Source of the DNA: Squalus acanthias
Lineage: Eukaryota
Direction: 5' to 3'
NCBI GenBank assembly: GCA_030390025.1
Contig: CM059432.1
Location: forward strand, 33,544,001 to 33,608,000
Length of the DNA: 64,000 bases
Below, piece by piece: positions 47,241-58,920 of the stretch. The notes below the pieces were generated by a model. It was not told the DNA's origin. It did no database searches and saw only the letters and a program-made list of their open reading frames with translations. Numbering within the stretch: the first letter of the stretch is position 1; each line of letters begins with the position of its first letter. A program made the position numbers and the translations under genes.

Positions 47241-49912
47241 GTACATAAGAACATAAGAACATAAGAAATAGGAGCAGGAGTAGGCCAATCGGCCCCTCGA
47301 GCCTGCTCCGCCATTCAATAAGATCATGGCTGATCTGATCCTAACCGCCAATCTACTATCTATCACAGAACCATCTCCTGCATCTAACAGAATTGCACAC
47401 ACGAAATAGGAGCAGAATCAGGCTACACGGTCCCTGGGCCCGCTCCACTACCCACAGGGCCATGACCGATCCGAACCTAGACTCATGTCCAAATTCCTGC
47501 CCGCTCCCCGTAACCCTTAATGCCCTTTACTTCTAGGAAACTGTCTATTTCTGTTTTAAATTTAATTAATGTTGTAGCTTCTACAGCTTTTTGTGGCAGC
47601 ATATTCCATGGACCTACCACCCTCTGAGTGAAGTAGTTCCTCCTCATCTCAGTTTTGAAAGAGCAGCCCCTTATTCTAAGACTATGTCCCCTAGTTCTCG
47701 TCTCACCCGTCATCGGGAACATCCTCCCCGCATCCACCCGATCCAACCCCTTCACAATCTTATATGTTTCAATAAGATCGCCTCTCATTCTTCTGAACTC
47801 CAATGAGTAGAGTCCCAATCTACCCAACCTCTCCTCATATGACCACCCCCTCATCCCCGGGATTAACCGAGTGAACCTTTTTTGCACTGCCTCGAGAGCA
47901 AGGATGTCTTTCCTTAAGTAAGGACACCAAAACTGTATGCAGTATTCCAGGTGCGGTCTCACCAATACCTTGTACAACTGAAGCAATACCTCCCTATTTT
48001 TATATTCTATCCCCCTAGCAATGAAAGCCAACATTCCATTTGCCTTCTTAATCACTTGCTGCACCTGCATACTAACCTTTTGAGTTTCGTGCACCAGGAC
48101 CCCCAGATCCCTTTGCACTTCAGTACTCTCCAGTTTCTTGCCATTAAGATAATAAATTGCTCTAGGATTTTTCCTGCCAAAGTGCATCACCTCACACTTT
48201 CCAGTGTTGTATTCCATCTGCCAAATCTCTGCCCACTTACTTAGCCTGTCTATGTCCCCTTGCAGGTTTTTTATGTCCTCCTCACTCACTACTTTCCCTC
48301 CCATCTTTGTATCATCTGCAAATTTTGATATGTTACACTTGGTCCCTTCCTCCAAATCGTTAATATAGATTGTGAAGAGTTGGGGACCCAGCACTGACCC
48401 CTGTGGAACACCACTAGTTACTGATTGCCAGTCTGAGAATGAACCATTTATCCCAACTCTTTGCTTTCTGTTAGATAGCCAATCCTCTATCCATGCCAGA
48501 ATATTACCCCCAATCCCGTGATTTTTTACCTTAAGCAATAATCTTTTGTGTGGCACCTTGTCAAATGCCTTTTGGAAGTCTAAATACACTACGTCCACCG
48601 GTTCCCCTTTATCCACTCTAAATGTTACTTCCTCAAAGAACTCCAGCAAATTTGTCAAACATGACTTCCCCTTCGTAAAACCATGCTGACTTTGTCCTAT
48701 TAAATTATGATTATCCAAATGTCCTGTTACTGTTTCCTTAATAATGGACTCCAAAATTTTACCTACCACAGATGTTAGGCTAACCGGTCTATAGTTACCA
48801 GCCTTCTGTCTACTGCCCTTTTTAAATAAGGGTGTTACATTAGCAGTTTTCCAGTCTGCCGGGACCTTAGCGGAATCCAGGGAGTTTTGAAAAATTATTA
48901 CCAATGCATCTACAATCCCTACCGCCACTTCCTTCAAGACTCTAGGATGTAAGCCATCAGGTCCAGGTGATTTATCCGCCTTGAGTCCCATTATTTTACC
49001 GAGTACCACTTCCTTAGTGATTTTGATCGTGTTTAGCTCCTCTCCCCCTATAGCCCCCTGTTTGTCCAGTGTTGGGATATTCTTAGTGTCCTCTACTGTA
49101 AAGACTGATACAAAATATTCATTCAGTGTTTTTGCCATCTCCATATTTCCCACCATTAATTTCCCGGTCTCATCCTCTAAGGGACCAACATTTACTTTAG
49201 CCACCCTTTTTCTTTTTATATAACTATAAAAACTCTTACTATCTGTTTTTATATTTTTTGCTAATTTACTTTCATAATCTATCTTCCCTTTCTTAATCAA
49301 TCTTTTTGTTATTTTTTGCTGCCTTTTAAAGTTTTCCCAATCCTCTGTCCTCCCACTAGATTTCGCTACCTTATATGCCCTTGTTTTTAGTCGAATACTA
49401 TCCTTAATTTCTTTACTTAGCCACGGATGACTGTCCTTTCTTTTACACCCTTTTCTTTTCAGTGGAATATATTTTTTTTGGAAGTTGTAAAATAACTCCT
49501 TGAATGTACACCACTGATCATGTGTCGTCTTACCCTTTAATCTATTTTCCCAATCCACTCTACTCAATTCCGCTCGCATACCTTCATAGTCTCCTTTATT
49601 CAAGCTTAGCACGCTTGTTTGAGATCCAACCTTCTCACCCTCTAATTGAATATGGAATTCAACCATGTTATGGTCACTCATTCCAAGGGGATCCTTTACT
49701 AGGACATTTTTAATTAATCCTGTCTCGTTACACAGGACCAGATCTAAGGTTGCTTGCCCCCTGGTCGGTTCAGTTACATACTGCTCAAGAAACCCATCCC
49801 TAATACACTCAATGAACTCATCCTCAAGGCAGCCCTGCCCCATTTGATTTGTCCAATTAATATGATAGTTAAAATCCCCCATAATTATAGATGTTCCCTT
49901 ATTACATGCCTC
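47241..49912 (-). mobile_element. Young 5'-truncated CR1 LINE (family A)
   Basis: Open ORF2, 3' UTR and (TCTTATGT)n tail at 47241-47265; inserted into another LINE. Confidence 0.95.
47483..49882 (-). CDS. CR1 ORF2, N-truncated: C-terminal part of APE endonuclease + reverse transcriptase
   Basis: 799 codons without a stop; GDFN, LDL, SDH (endonuclease); [37 protein letters not shown] (RT). The frame stays open upstream of the ATG to the truncation point. Confidence 0.92.
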   Translation of the reverse strand: MGDFNYHINWTNQMGQGCLEDEFIECIRDGFLEQYVTEPTRGQATLDLVLCNETGLIKNVLVKDPLGMSDHNMVEFHIQLEGEKVGSQTSVLSLNKGDYEGMRAELSRVDWENRLKGKTTHDQWCTFKELFYNFQKKYIPLKRKGCKRKDSHPWLSKEIKDSIRLKTRAYKVAKSSGRTEDWENFKRQQKITKRLIKKGKIDYESKLAKNIKTDSKSFYSYIKRKRVAKVNVGPLEDETGKLMVGNMEMAKTLNEYFVSVFTVEDTKNIPTLDKQGAIGGEELNTIKITKEVVLGKIMGLKADKSPGPDGLHPRVLKEVAVGIVDALVIIFQNSLDSAKVPADWKTANVTPLFKKGSRQKAGNYRPVSLTSVVGKILESIIKETVTGHLDNHNLIGQSQHGFTKGKSCLTNLLEFFEEVTFRVDKGEPVDVVYLDFQKAFDKVPHKRLLLKVKNHGIGGNILAWIEDWLSNRKQRVGINGSFSDWQSVTSGVPQGSVLGPQLFTIYINDLEEGTKCNISKFADDTKMGGKVVSEEDIKNLQGDIDRLSKWAEIWQMEYNTGKCEVMHFGRKNPRAIYYLNGKKLESTEVQRDLGVLVHETQKVSMQVQQVIKKANGMLAFIARGIEYKNREVLLQLYKVLVRPHLEYCIQFWCPYLRKDILALEAVQKRFTRLIPGMRGWSYEERLGRLGLYSLEFRRMRGDLIETYKIVKGLDRVDAGRMFPMTGETRTRGHSLRIRGCSFKTEMRRNYFTQRVVGPWNMLPQKAVEATTLIKFKTEIDSFLEVKGIKGYGERAGIWT

Positions 49913-50554
49913 AACTGCAGTCTGTGTGGTGAATGTACTCCCACAGTGCTGTTAGGGAGGGAATTCCAGGATTTTGACCCAGTGACGATGAAGGAACAGC
50001 GATATATTTCCAAGTCATGATGGTGTGTGACTTGGAGAGGAACTTGGAGGTGGTGGTGTTCTCATGCGCCTGTTGCCCTTGTCCTTCTAGGTGGTAGAGG
50101 TCGTGGGTTTGGGAGGTGCTGCTGAAGAAGCCTTGGTGAGTTGTTGCATCTTGTAGATGGTACATACTGCAACCACAGTGGGCCAGTGGTGGAGGAAGCC
50201 AGGAGCTGAGTCACTCGCTGCAGAATACGCAGCCCATGACCTGCTCTTGTAGCCACATTATTTATGTGGCTGGTCCAGTTAAGTTTCTGGTCAATGGTGA
50301 CCCCCAGGATGTTGATTGTGGGGGAATTCGACAATGATAATGCCACTGAATATCAAGAGGAGGTGGTTAGACTTTCTCTTGTTGGAGATGGTCATTGCCT
50401 GGCACTTGTGTGGTGTGAATGTTACTAGCCACTTCTCAGCCCAAGCCTGAATGTTGTCCAGGTCTTGCTGCATGCGGGCGTGGACTGCTTCATTATCTGA
50501 GGAATTACGAATGGAACTGAACACTGTGAAATCAGCGGACATCACCACTTCTAA

Positions 50555-50777
50555 TACAAATGCAAAATACTGCGGATGCTGGAAATCTGAAATAAAAACA
50601 GAAAATGCTGGAAATACTCAGCAGGTCAGGCAGCATCTGTGGAGAGAGAAACAGAGTTAACATTTCAGGTCGATGACCTGGTTCTGACAAAGGGTCATGG
50701 ACCTGAAACGTTAACTCTGTTTCTCTCTCCACAGATGCTGCCTGACCTTCTGAGTATTTCCAGCATTTTCTGTTTTT
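50555..50777. mobile_element. Penelope-like inverted-repeat fragment (second family) with 14-bp TSD
   Basis: ATC(A/C)CCACTTCTAA at 50541-50554 and 50778-50791; ~80-bp inverted arms; degenerate hammerhead at 50681-50715. Confidence 0.78.
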
Positions 50778-50950
50778 ATCCCCACTTCTAACCTTATGAT
50801 GTAGGGAAGGTCATTGATGAAGCAGCTGAAGATGGTTTGTCTTAGGGCACTGCCCTGAGGAACTCCTGCAGCGATGTCCTGGGGCTGAGATGATTGACCT
50901 CCAACAACGACATCCATCTTCCTTTGTGCTAGGTATGACTCCAGCCAATG

Positions 50951-51380
50951 GACAACACGGTGGCATAGTGGTTAGCACTGGTGTCTCACAGCGCCAGGGA
51001 CCCGGGTTCGAATCTGACGTCGGGTGACTGTCTGTGTGGAGTTTGCACATTCTCCCTGTGTCTGCGTGGGTTTCCTCCGGGTGCTCCGGTTTCCTCCCAC
51101 AGTCCAAAAATGTGTGGGTTAGGTTGATTTGGCTATGATAAATTGACCCTTAGTGTTAGGGGGGTATTAAATATGTGGGGTTATGGGGATAGGATGGGAT
51201 ATGTTAGGGGGAATTAAATATGTGGGGTTACGGGGGTAGGGTGGGATATGTGTACTGTGGGGATTAAAGCAGGGACAGGGTACTGGATTTGGATGATCAG
51301 CCATGATCGTATTGAATGGTGGAGCAGGCTCGACGGGCCGAATGGCCTACTCCTGCTCCTAGATTCTATGTTTCTATGTT
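50951..51380 (+). mobile_element. HE1-type V-SINE, full length
   Basis: Same head, V-domain and tail; nested in LINE family B. Confidence 0.92.
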
Positions 51381-51935
51381 TCCCATTGACTTCAATTTTA
51401 CTAGGGTTCCTTGATGCCACACTCAGTCAAATGCTGCCTTGATGTCAAAGTCACTCTCACCTCACCTCTGGAATTCAGCTCTTTTGTCCATGTTTGGACC
51501 AAGGCTGTAATGAGGTCTGAAGGCAAGTGGTCCTGGCGGAACCCAAATTGAGCATTGGTGAGCAGGTTATTGGTGAGTAAGTGCCACTTGATAGCACTGT
51601 CGACGACACCTTCCATCACTTTGCTGATGATTGAGAGTAGACTGATGGGGCGGTAATTAGCTAGATTGGATTTATCCTGCTTTTTGTGGACAGGCCTTAC
51701 CTGGGCAATTTTCCACTTTATTGGGTAGATGCCAGTGTTGTAGCTGAAAAGGAACAGCTTGGCTAGAAGCGCGGGTAGTTCTGGAGCACAAATCTTCAAC
51801 ACTGCAGCCGGCATGTTGTTGGGGCCCATAGCCTTTTCTGTATCCAGTGCGTTCAGCCATTTCTTGATATCTCGTGGAGTGAATCGAATTGTCTGAAGAC
51901 TGGTTTCTGTGATGGTGGGGACCTCAGGAGTAGGC

Positions 51936-52102
51936 CTCGCTACCAGCTGTATATTTCCTCCATGTAACTCACTACCATCCGCTATTTCCTCCGTGTAACT
52001 CACTACCAGCCACTATTTCCTCCGTGTAACTCACTAGCAACCGTCTATTTCCTCCATGTAACTCACTACCAACCATCTATTTCCCTCGTGTTACTCACTA
52101 CG
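51936..52102. repeat. ~31-bp minisatellite, right half
   Basis: Same unit as 46945-47140. Confidence 0.85.
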
Positions 52103-52694
52103 AGCTGGAGGAGCTGGAGAGCCTTCTTTGTAAATCCGGAGCCCACCCTTAGAGAGCGGCCTGGAGGTAATTGTTGGTTTTCTTTCTTATTTTGTGTGAC
52201 ATAATGCAGTGTGATGCAATACAGTGCGACAGACAAGTACTAGGCACAAGCCTTTTATATGTAGATGCATAGATGTCACTTGGAGCCAGAGGCCTAGTAC
52301 ACTTTGTTGTTGGCTGTTTATTTGCACTGTATGATTGCAACCAAGGCATCACATCATTTAGTCACTGAGTAAATAAAGCTCATCTAAACCAATAAACTGT
52401 TTGTTTGAAGTTTCAATCGGTTGAGTTCATCCACTTGGTGCAGTTATTTTTGGCTGTAGTGACACACGGATGTTTAACTAGCACAATCCTGCCAACTGGG
52501 AATCTGCCAAAACATTTATTTATTTGCTGATGCTGTTTGAGGTGAGGGAACGTCAACACTGTGGAATGGATTACTTTTTTGCATCTTGCCCCTGGTCTGA
52601 ATTTTGCCTATTGGAAAGTTGCATTAAGCTTATGTGGGCCAATCCCTGATGGCAGGAGTACTTGTGTACCTGTCACATGGAGGCAGTAGATTGG

Positions 52695-54360
52695 GTGGCA
52701 CTACCACCGTGCTAAATGATATAGATTCAGAACAGATCTAGCAGCTCAAAACTGGGCATCCATGAGGCACTGTGGGCCATCAGCAGCAGCAGAATTGTAT
52801 TCCATCACAATCTGTAACCTCATGGCCCGGCATATCCCTCACTCTACCATTACCATGAAGCCAGGCGACCAACCCTGGTTCAATGAGGAGTGAAGAAAAG
52901 CATGCCAGGACCAGCGCCAGGCCTACCTAAAAATGAGGTGTCAACCTGCTGAAGCTACAACACAGGACTACATGCATGCTAAACAGCGGAAGCAGCATGC
53001 TATAGACAGAACCAAGCGATCCCACAGCCAACGGATCAGATCAAAGCTCTGCAGTCCTGTCACATCCAGTCATGAATGGTGCTGGATAATTGAACAACTA
53101 ATGGGAGGAGGAGGTTCCATGAACATTCCCTTTCTCAATGATGGTTGAGTCCAGCACAAGTGCAAAAGACAAGGCAAATGCATTCGCAACCATCTTCAGC
53201 CAGCAGTGCCGAGTGGATGATCCATCTCTGACTCCTCCTGAGGTCCCCATCATCACAGAAGCCAGTCTTCAGCCAGTTCGATTCACTCCACATTCTATCA
53301 AGAAATTGCTGAGTGCATTGGATACAGCAAAGGCTATGGATCCCGACAACATCCCGGCTGTAGTGCTGAAAACTTGTGTTCCAGAACTAGCCGCGCCTCT
53401 AGCCAAGCTGTTACAGTACAGCTACAACACTGGCATCAACCCGACAAAGTGGAAAATTGTCCAGGTATGTCCTGTCCACGAAAAAGCAGGACAAATCCAA
53501 TCTGGCCAATTACCGACCCATCAGTCTTCAACAGTGCTATCAAGTGGCACTTACTCACCAATAACCTGCTCACCGATGCTCAGTTTGGGTTCCGCCAAGA
53601 CCACTTGGTTCCAGACCTCACTACAGTTTTGATCCAAACATGAACAAAAGAGCTGAATTCCAGAGATGAGGTGAGAGTGACCATCCTTGACAGGAAAGCA
53701 GCATTTGACTGAGTGTAGCATCAAGGAGCCCTAGGAAAATATCAAAAACGAAACTGGAAGAGCCACATAAATACTGTGGCTACAAGAGCAGGTCAGAGCC
53801 TGGGTATTCTGTGGCGAGTGACTCGGCTCCTGACTCCACAAATCTTTCCATCACCTACAAGGCACATGTCAGAAGTGTGATGGAATACTCTTCACTTGCC
53901 TGGATGAGTGCAGCTTCAACAACAATCAAGAAGCTCAACACCATCCAGGACAAAATAGTTTGCTTGATCAGCACCCCATTCACCACCTTACTCATTCACC
54001 GTGACTGCAGTGAGTACCATCTACAAGATGCACTGCAGCAACTCGCAGCACCTCCCAAACTCATGACCTCTCCCACTAGAAGGACAAGGGCAGCAGGCGC
54101 ATGGGAACACCACCACTTCCAAGTTCCCCTCCAAGTCACACACCATCCCGATCTGGAAATATATTGCCTTTTCTTCATTGTTGCTGGGTCAAAATCCTGG
54201 TACTCCCTCCCTAACAGCATTGTGGGAGTACCTTCATCACACGGACTGCAGCGGTTCAAGAAGGTGGCTCACCACCACCACCTTCTCAATGGCAATTTGA
54301 GACGGGCAATAAATGCTAGCCTTGTCTGCGATGCTCGCATCCCGTGAACGAATAAATTAA
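52695..54360 (+). mobile_element. CR1-group LINE family B, decayed with internal deletions
   Basis: KAMDPDNIPAVVLK, AQFGFR, VRSVMEYSSLAW; 3' end GCATCCCGTGAACGAATAAA. Confidence 0.88.
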
Positions 54361-54594
54361 AAGACATGGGAGAATTAGGACGAGGTAAATAGAATGGAGT
54401 AGCTCCCTTTGATGGCTGGAAGTATAACTGCACAGTCTGGTACACAAGTGAGCTCTACAGACCAGGAAGGTCCCAGCTTTAATCCCAGGTTTGTGCTGGG
54501 TTAGCTGATCTCAGGGCAGTCAGTGAGGGTTACTACAACGGGCTTCAACAACTTAGGCTTGGGAAGGGGAAACACTCAGCCAGGTTGACAATGA

Positions 54595-54975
54595 TGAAGA
54601 CAACAACAATATCTTGGATTTCTATAGCGCCCTTAATGTAGAAAAAATTCCCAAGGTGCTTCACAGGAGCGTAATCAGACAAAAATCAACATCGAACTAA
54701 AGAATGAGAGATTAGGAGGTTTGACTAAAAGCTTGGTCAAAGAGGTGGGTTTTAAAGGGGGTCTTAAGGAAGAGAGGGAGAGGAGTTTAGGGAGGGAATT
54801 CAAGTGTATAGGGCCTAGGAGGCTGAAGGCACGCTGCCAATGGTGAGGCGAAGAGAGTGGAGTGTGCACAAGAGGCTACAGTTAGAGGAATGCAAAGTTC
54901 TTGGAGAATTGTAAAGCTGGAAAAGGTTACAAGAGATAGGGATGGGTGAGGTCATGAATAGATTTGAACCTGAAC
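54595..54975 (-). mobile_element. L2 3' fragment
   Basis: Similar to 60880-61220. Confidence 0.75.
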
Positions 54976-55565
54976 ATATTAACAGGAGTAGGCTATTCAA
55001 TCCCTCGACCCGAATCCACCATTCAGTTAGATCAGGGCTGATCTGTAGCTGAACCCCATTTATCCGCTTTTGACCCAGATCCCTTGATACCCTTACCTAT
55101 CAAAAATCTATGGATTGCAGTTTTGAAAGGTTCAATTGACCTACCTGAAGAGGTAAATAGTCTCTCAAGACTCAGTCACTCAGGAAGAATTACCACATTT
55201 TAAAATGTGTTCTCAGGATGTGAGAAGATCCATCCTTAGTTGTCCTGAGAAGACGGTGGTGGTGGTGATGGTGGTGGGCTGTCTTCTTGCCACTTCAAAG
55301 GACAATAAAGGTCAACTACATAGTGCAGGACTGGAGTCAAGTGCAGGCCAGCCTCATCATGGGGGGACTGGAACTCACAATCTCGATGATCGGGAATTTT
55401 ATCGGAGCTGTTTCACTCTGCCAGATTTACTTCACCGGAAGTTTGGTGGAAACACCGTTTCTGTGCGGAGCGGGACCAGCTCTGAGTAATATCCCAGGTT
55501 GCTGGCCCTGTGCCATAACCACCACAGTACCACACTCTTGGGAAAAGTACTAGAGGCAATCTCTG

Positions 55566-56570
55566 AGTAAAAGTGGCGTTCCCCAAGGTTCAGCACTAGG
55601 ACCACTGCTGTTTTTGATATACATTAATGACTTGGACTTGGGGGTACAGGGCACAATTTCCAAATTGCAGATGACATGGAACTTTGAAATGTAGTAAACA
55701 GTGAGGAGGGTAGTAATAGACTTCAAGAAGACATAGACAGGCTGGTGGAATGGGTGGACACTTGGCAGATGAAATTCAATGCAGAGAAGTGTGAGGTGAT
55801 ACATTTTGGTAAGAAAAATGTGGAGAGACCATACACACTAAATGGTACAATTTTAAAGGAGGAGCAAGAACAGAGAGACCTGGGGGTGCTTGTGCACAGT
55901 GGCAGGACAGGTTAACAAAGCAGTTAATAAAGCATATGGGATCCTGGGATTTATAATTAAAGGCATCGAGTACAAAAGCCAGGAATTTTTGCTAAACCTA
56001 TATAAAACACTAGTTCGGCCCCAGCTGGAGTATTGTGTCCAATTCTAGGCACCACACTTCGGGAAGGACGTGAAGGCTTTGGAGAAGGTACAGAAGAAAT
56101 TTATTAGAATGGTTCCAGGGATGAGGGAATACAGTTACGTGGATAGACTAGAGAAGCTGGGGTTGTTCTCCTTGGAGCAGAGAAGGCTAAGAGGAGATTT
56201 GATAGAGTTGTTTAAAATCATGAAGGGTTTAGATAGAGTAAATAAAGAGAAACTGTTTCCAGTGGCTGAAGGGTCAATAACGAGAGGGCACAAATTTAAG
56301 GTGATTGGCAAAAGAACCAGAGGCGACATGAGGAAAAATATTTTTACGCTAGAGTGGTTAGGATTTGGAACGCACTGCCTGATAGAGTGGTAGATACAGA
56401 TTCAATAGTAGCCTTCAAAAGGGAATTGGATAAATACTTGAAGGAGAAAAAATTGCAGGGATATGGAGAAAGAGTGGGGGAGTGGGACTAACTGGATTAC
56501 TCTTCGAAAGAGTCGGCGCAGACTCGATGGGCCGAATGGCCTCCTTCTGTGTTGTACTATTCTATGATTC
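55566..56570 (+). mobile_element. 5'-truncated CR1 LINE flanked by 79-bp direct repeats
   Basis: GVPQGS, LEKLGLFSLEQRRLRGDLIE, ATTCTATGATTCT tail; direct repeats at 55487-55565 and 56571-56649. Confidence 0.9.
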
Positions 56571-57728
56571 TAATATCGCAGGTTGCTGGCCCTGTGCCAT
56601 AACCACTGCAGTGCCAAACTCTTGGGAAAAGTACTAGAGGCAATCTCTGCTCATGGAGTGATACTACCCTATGACTCATCGACTTGAGGAGAGAAGAGGA
56701 AAGGGGAAATCAGTGGAGAAAGAAAGACAGAGTCTGGTTCTTATCAAGAAATTGTCTCACTTACTGATAATTACATTTCTACTTGTAGAAGACTATCCTA
56801 GTGAGGCAGTGACCTGAATTAACTGGCTTGTGACCAATGCAAAGCATAATCCATTCTACAGCTATTGGGAACAGAAGAGCTTTTCTCAATGTTCATCCTT
56901 TTTGGGAGCTGCCAGATTAGTGTATAACCAGCTCAATATTTCCCATCCTTGAATCTATAGGGGGAACGGACATAAAAAGGGAGTTGAAGAGTTTTCCGCA
57001 AGAAGCAGCCCATGCATAAAATGCACTAAAATGGCTTCTCACCATAAAAAGGACAGGATTTTATGGTCCTTGAGCAAGTAGCAGTCAGATGGTAATAAAG
57101 GATACGGTCACCTCTACCAGAGACATTCATTACTAATGGTAAATCAGCCTGACTCCTGCTCCCCAGATAGTTGCACAATGCATAAATTCAGAGATATCAT
57201 GAAAATTAAATAAAAGTTTTTTTTCCCAAAATGAAAGGTTAACATGTTCTAGGGTGAAAGGAGATTGAATAGTGTTCAACAGAACAAATTCTTGGAGAAA
57301 TTGCACTTTTATTTAAATCAGATCGGATCCAGAATCTTTTTATATGTCCCTCTATTCTTTGGCAGTTCCTTGCTGAGGAACAGTTGTATGAAGAAAGAAT
57401 TCGCATTTATATCATACCTTTCACATCCCATGCGGCCAAGGAGGTCCTTTTGAAGTGCAGTCTCTTTGAGTTGCTGATTGTCCTACTGATCATTTCCAGC
57501 AGTTCCTGTTTTTAAGGAAAGCCTCGTTATGCGGATACACTTTAATTCTCCTCCTTTGCAGATTCGATGAAAGGAGGCTTCAGAAGTCAAGTACTTGACC
57601 TCAAAGCTCAACATGGTGGATCTCACAGGTTCTGAGCACCTGGGAGTGAGTGACAATCAACATGTCTCATTCCGCTGGTTATTGTGTCAGTTTGGCTCAG
57701 TTGATAGTTCTCCAGCTCAGATAGTTGT

Positions 57729-58176
57729 GGACAACACGGTGGCATAGTGGTTAGCACTGGTGCCCCACAGCGCCAGGGACCCGGGTTCGAATCCGGCCTC
57801 GGGTGACTGTCTGTGTGGAGTTTGCACATTCTCCCCGTGTCTGCGTGGGTTTCCTCCGGGTGCTCCGGTTTCCTCCCACAGTCCAAAAATGTGCGGGTTA
57901 GGTTGATTTGGCTATGATAAATTGACCCTTAGTGTTAGGGGGGGATTAAATATGTCGGGTTACGGGGATAGGATGGGATATGTTAGGGGGAATTAAATAC
58001 GTGGGGTTATGGGGATAGGGTGGGATATGTGTCGGTGCAGGCTCGATGGGGATTCTGTGTGGGAAAGCAGGGACAGGGTACTGGATTTGGATGATCAGCC
58101 ATGATTGTATTGAATGGTGGAGCAGGCTCGACGGGCCGAATGGCCTACTCCTGCTCCTAGTTTCTATGTTTCTATG
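57729..58176 (+). mobile_element. HE1-type V-SINE, full length
   Basis: Near-identical to the 15349 copy; nested in a DeuSINE. Confidence 0.92.
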
Positions 58177-58404
58177 GACTTGCGGCCCACACGAGGACTC
58201 ATGTGCATAAACTAAGACACTCCAGTGTAGCAGAGAGAGTGCCCAATTGTCAGAGGTGCCATCCTTCAGATAAGACATTAAACCGCAGCACCATCTTGTC
58301 AAGTAGATCAAGTGGATGATAACAATTCCACGCTACTATTTGAAGAACAGCAGGCAATTCTCCGAGTGTCTGGGCCAATGTTCCACCTTGAACTTTATAA
58401 CCAA

Positions 58405-58920
58405 TTAAGTATTTTTAAAGTGTAGTCGCTGTTATTTTCTAGGCAAACACAGCAACCAATTTGCACACAGCAAGGTCCCACAAACAGCAATGAGATAAAT
58501 GACCAGATAATCTGTTTTAAAGGAAGACTTGCATTTACATAGCAACTTTCATGACCTCAGAACATCCCAAAGCACTTTACAGCCAATGACGTACTTCTGT
58601 AGTGCAGCCACTGTTGTAATGGAGGAAATATGGCAGCCAAATTGCAGACAGTAATGAGATAAATGACCAGATAATCTGTTAGTGATATTGGTTGGGGGAT
58701 AAATGCCAGGACACTAGCAGAGCTCCCCTGCTCTTCTTCAAAATAGCACCATTGAATCTTTTATGTCCACCCGAGAGGGCAGACGGGGGCTTGGTTTTAA
58801 CATCTTATCCAACAGACAGCAAATCCGGCAGTGCAGCACTCCCTCAGTACTGCACTGAAGTGAGACTTGAACCCACAACCTTCTGACTCAGAGGCAAGAA
58901 CATTACCACTGAATCACGGC
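58405..58920 (-). mobile_element. DeuSINE plus adjacent partial copy
   Basis: Two Deu segments in tandem. Confidence 0.8.

Larger units (their letters stand above)
47141..51935 (-). mobile_element. Degenerate CR1-group LINE (family B) hosting nested insertions
   Basis: RT fragments KAMGPNN, NYRPISLLS, AQFGFR, GVPQGS, KCQAMTIS; 3' end at ~47141; interrupted by CR1-A, a Penelope-like insert and an HE1 SINE. Confidence 0.88.

Noticed and set aside
57729..57800. tRNA genes at SINE heads
   Set aside because: A/B boxes run straight into SINE bodies; I could not support a complete cloverleaf.
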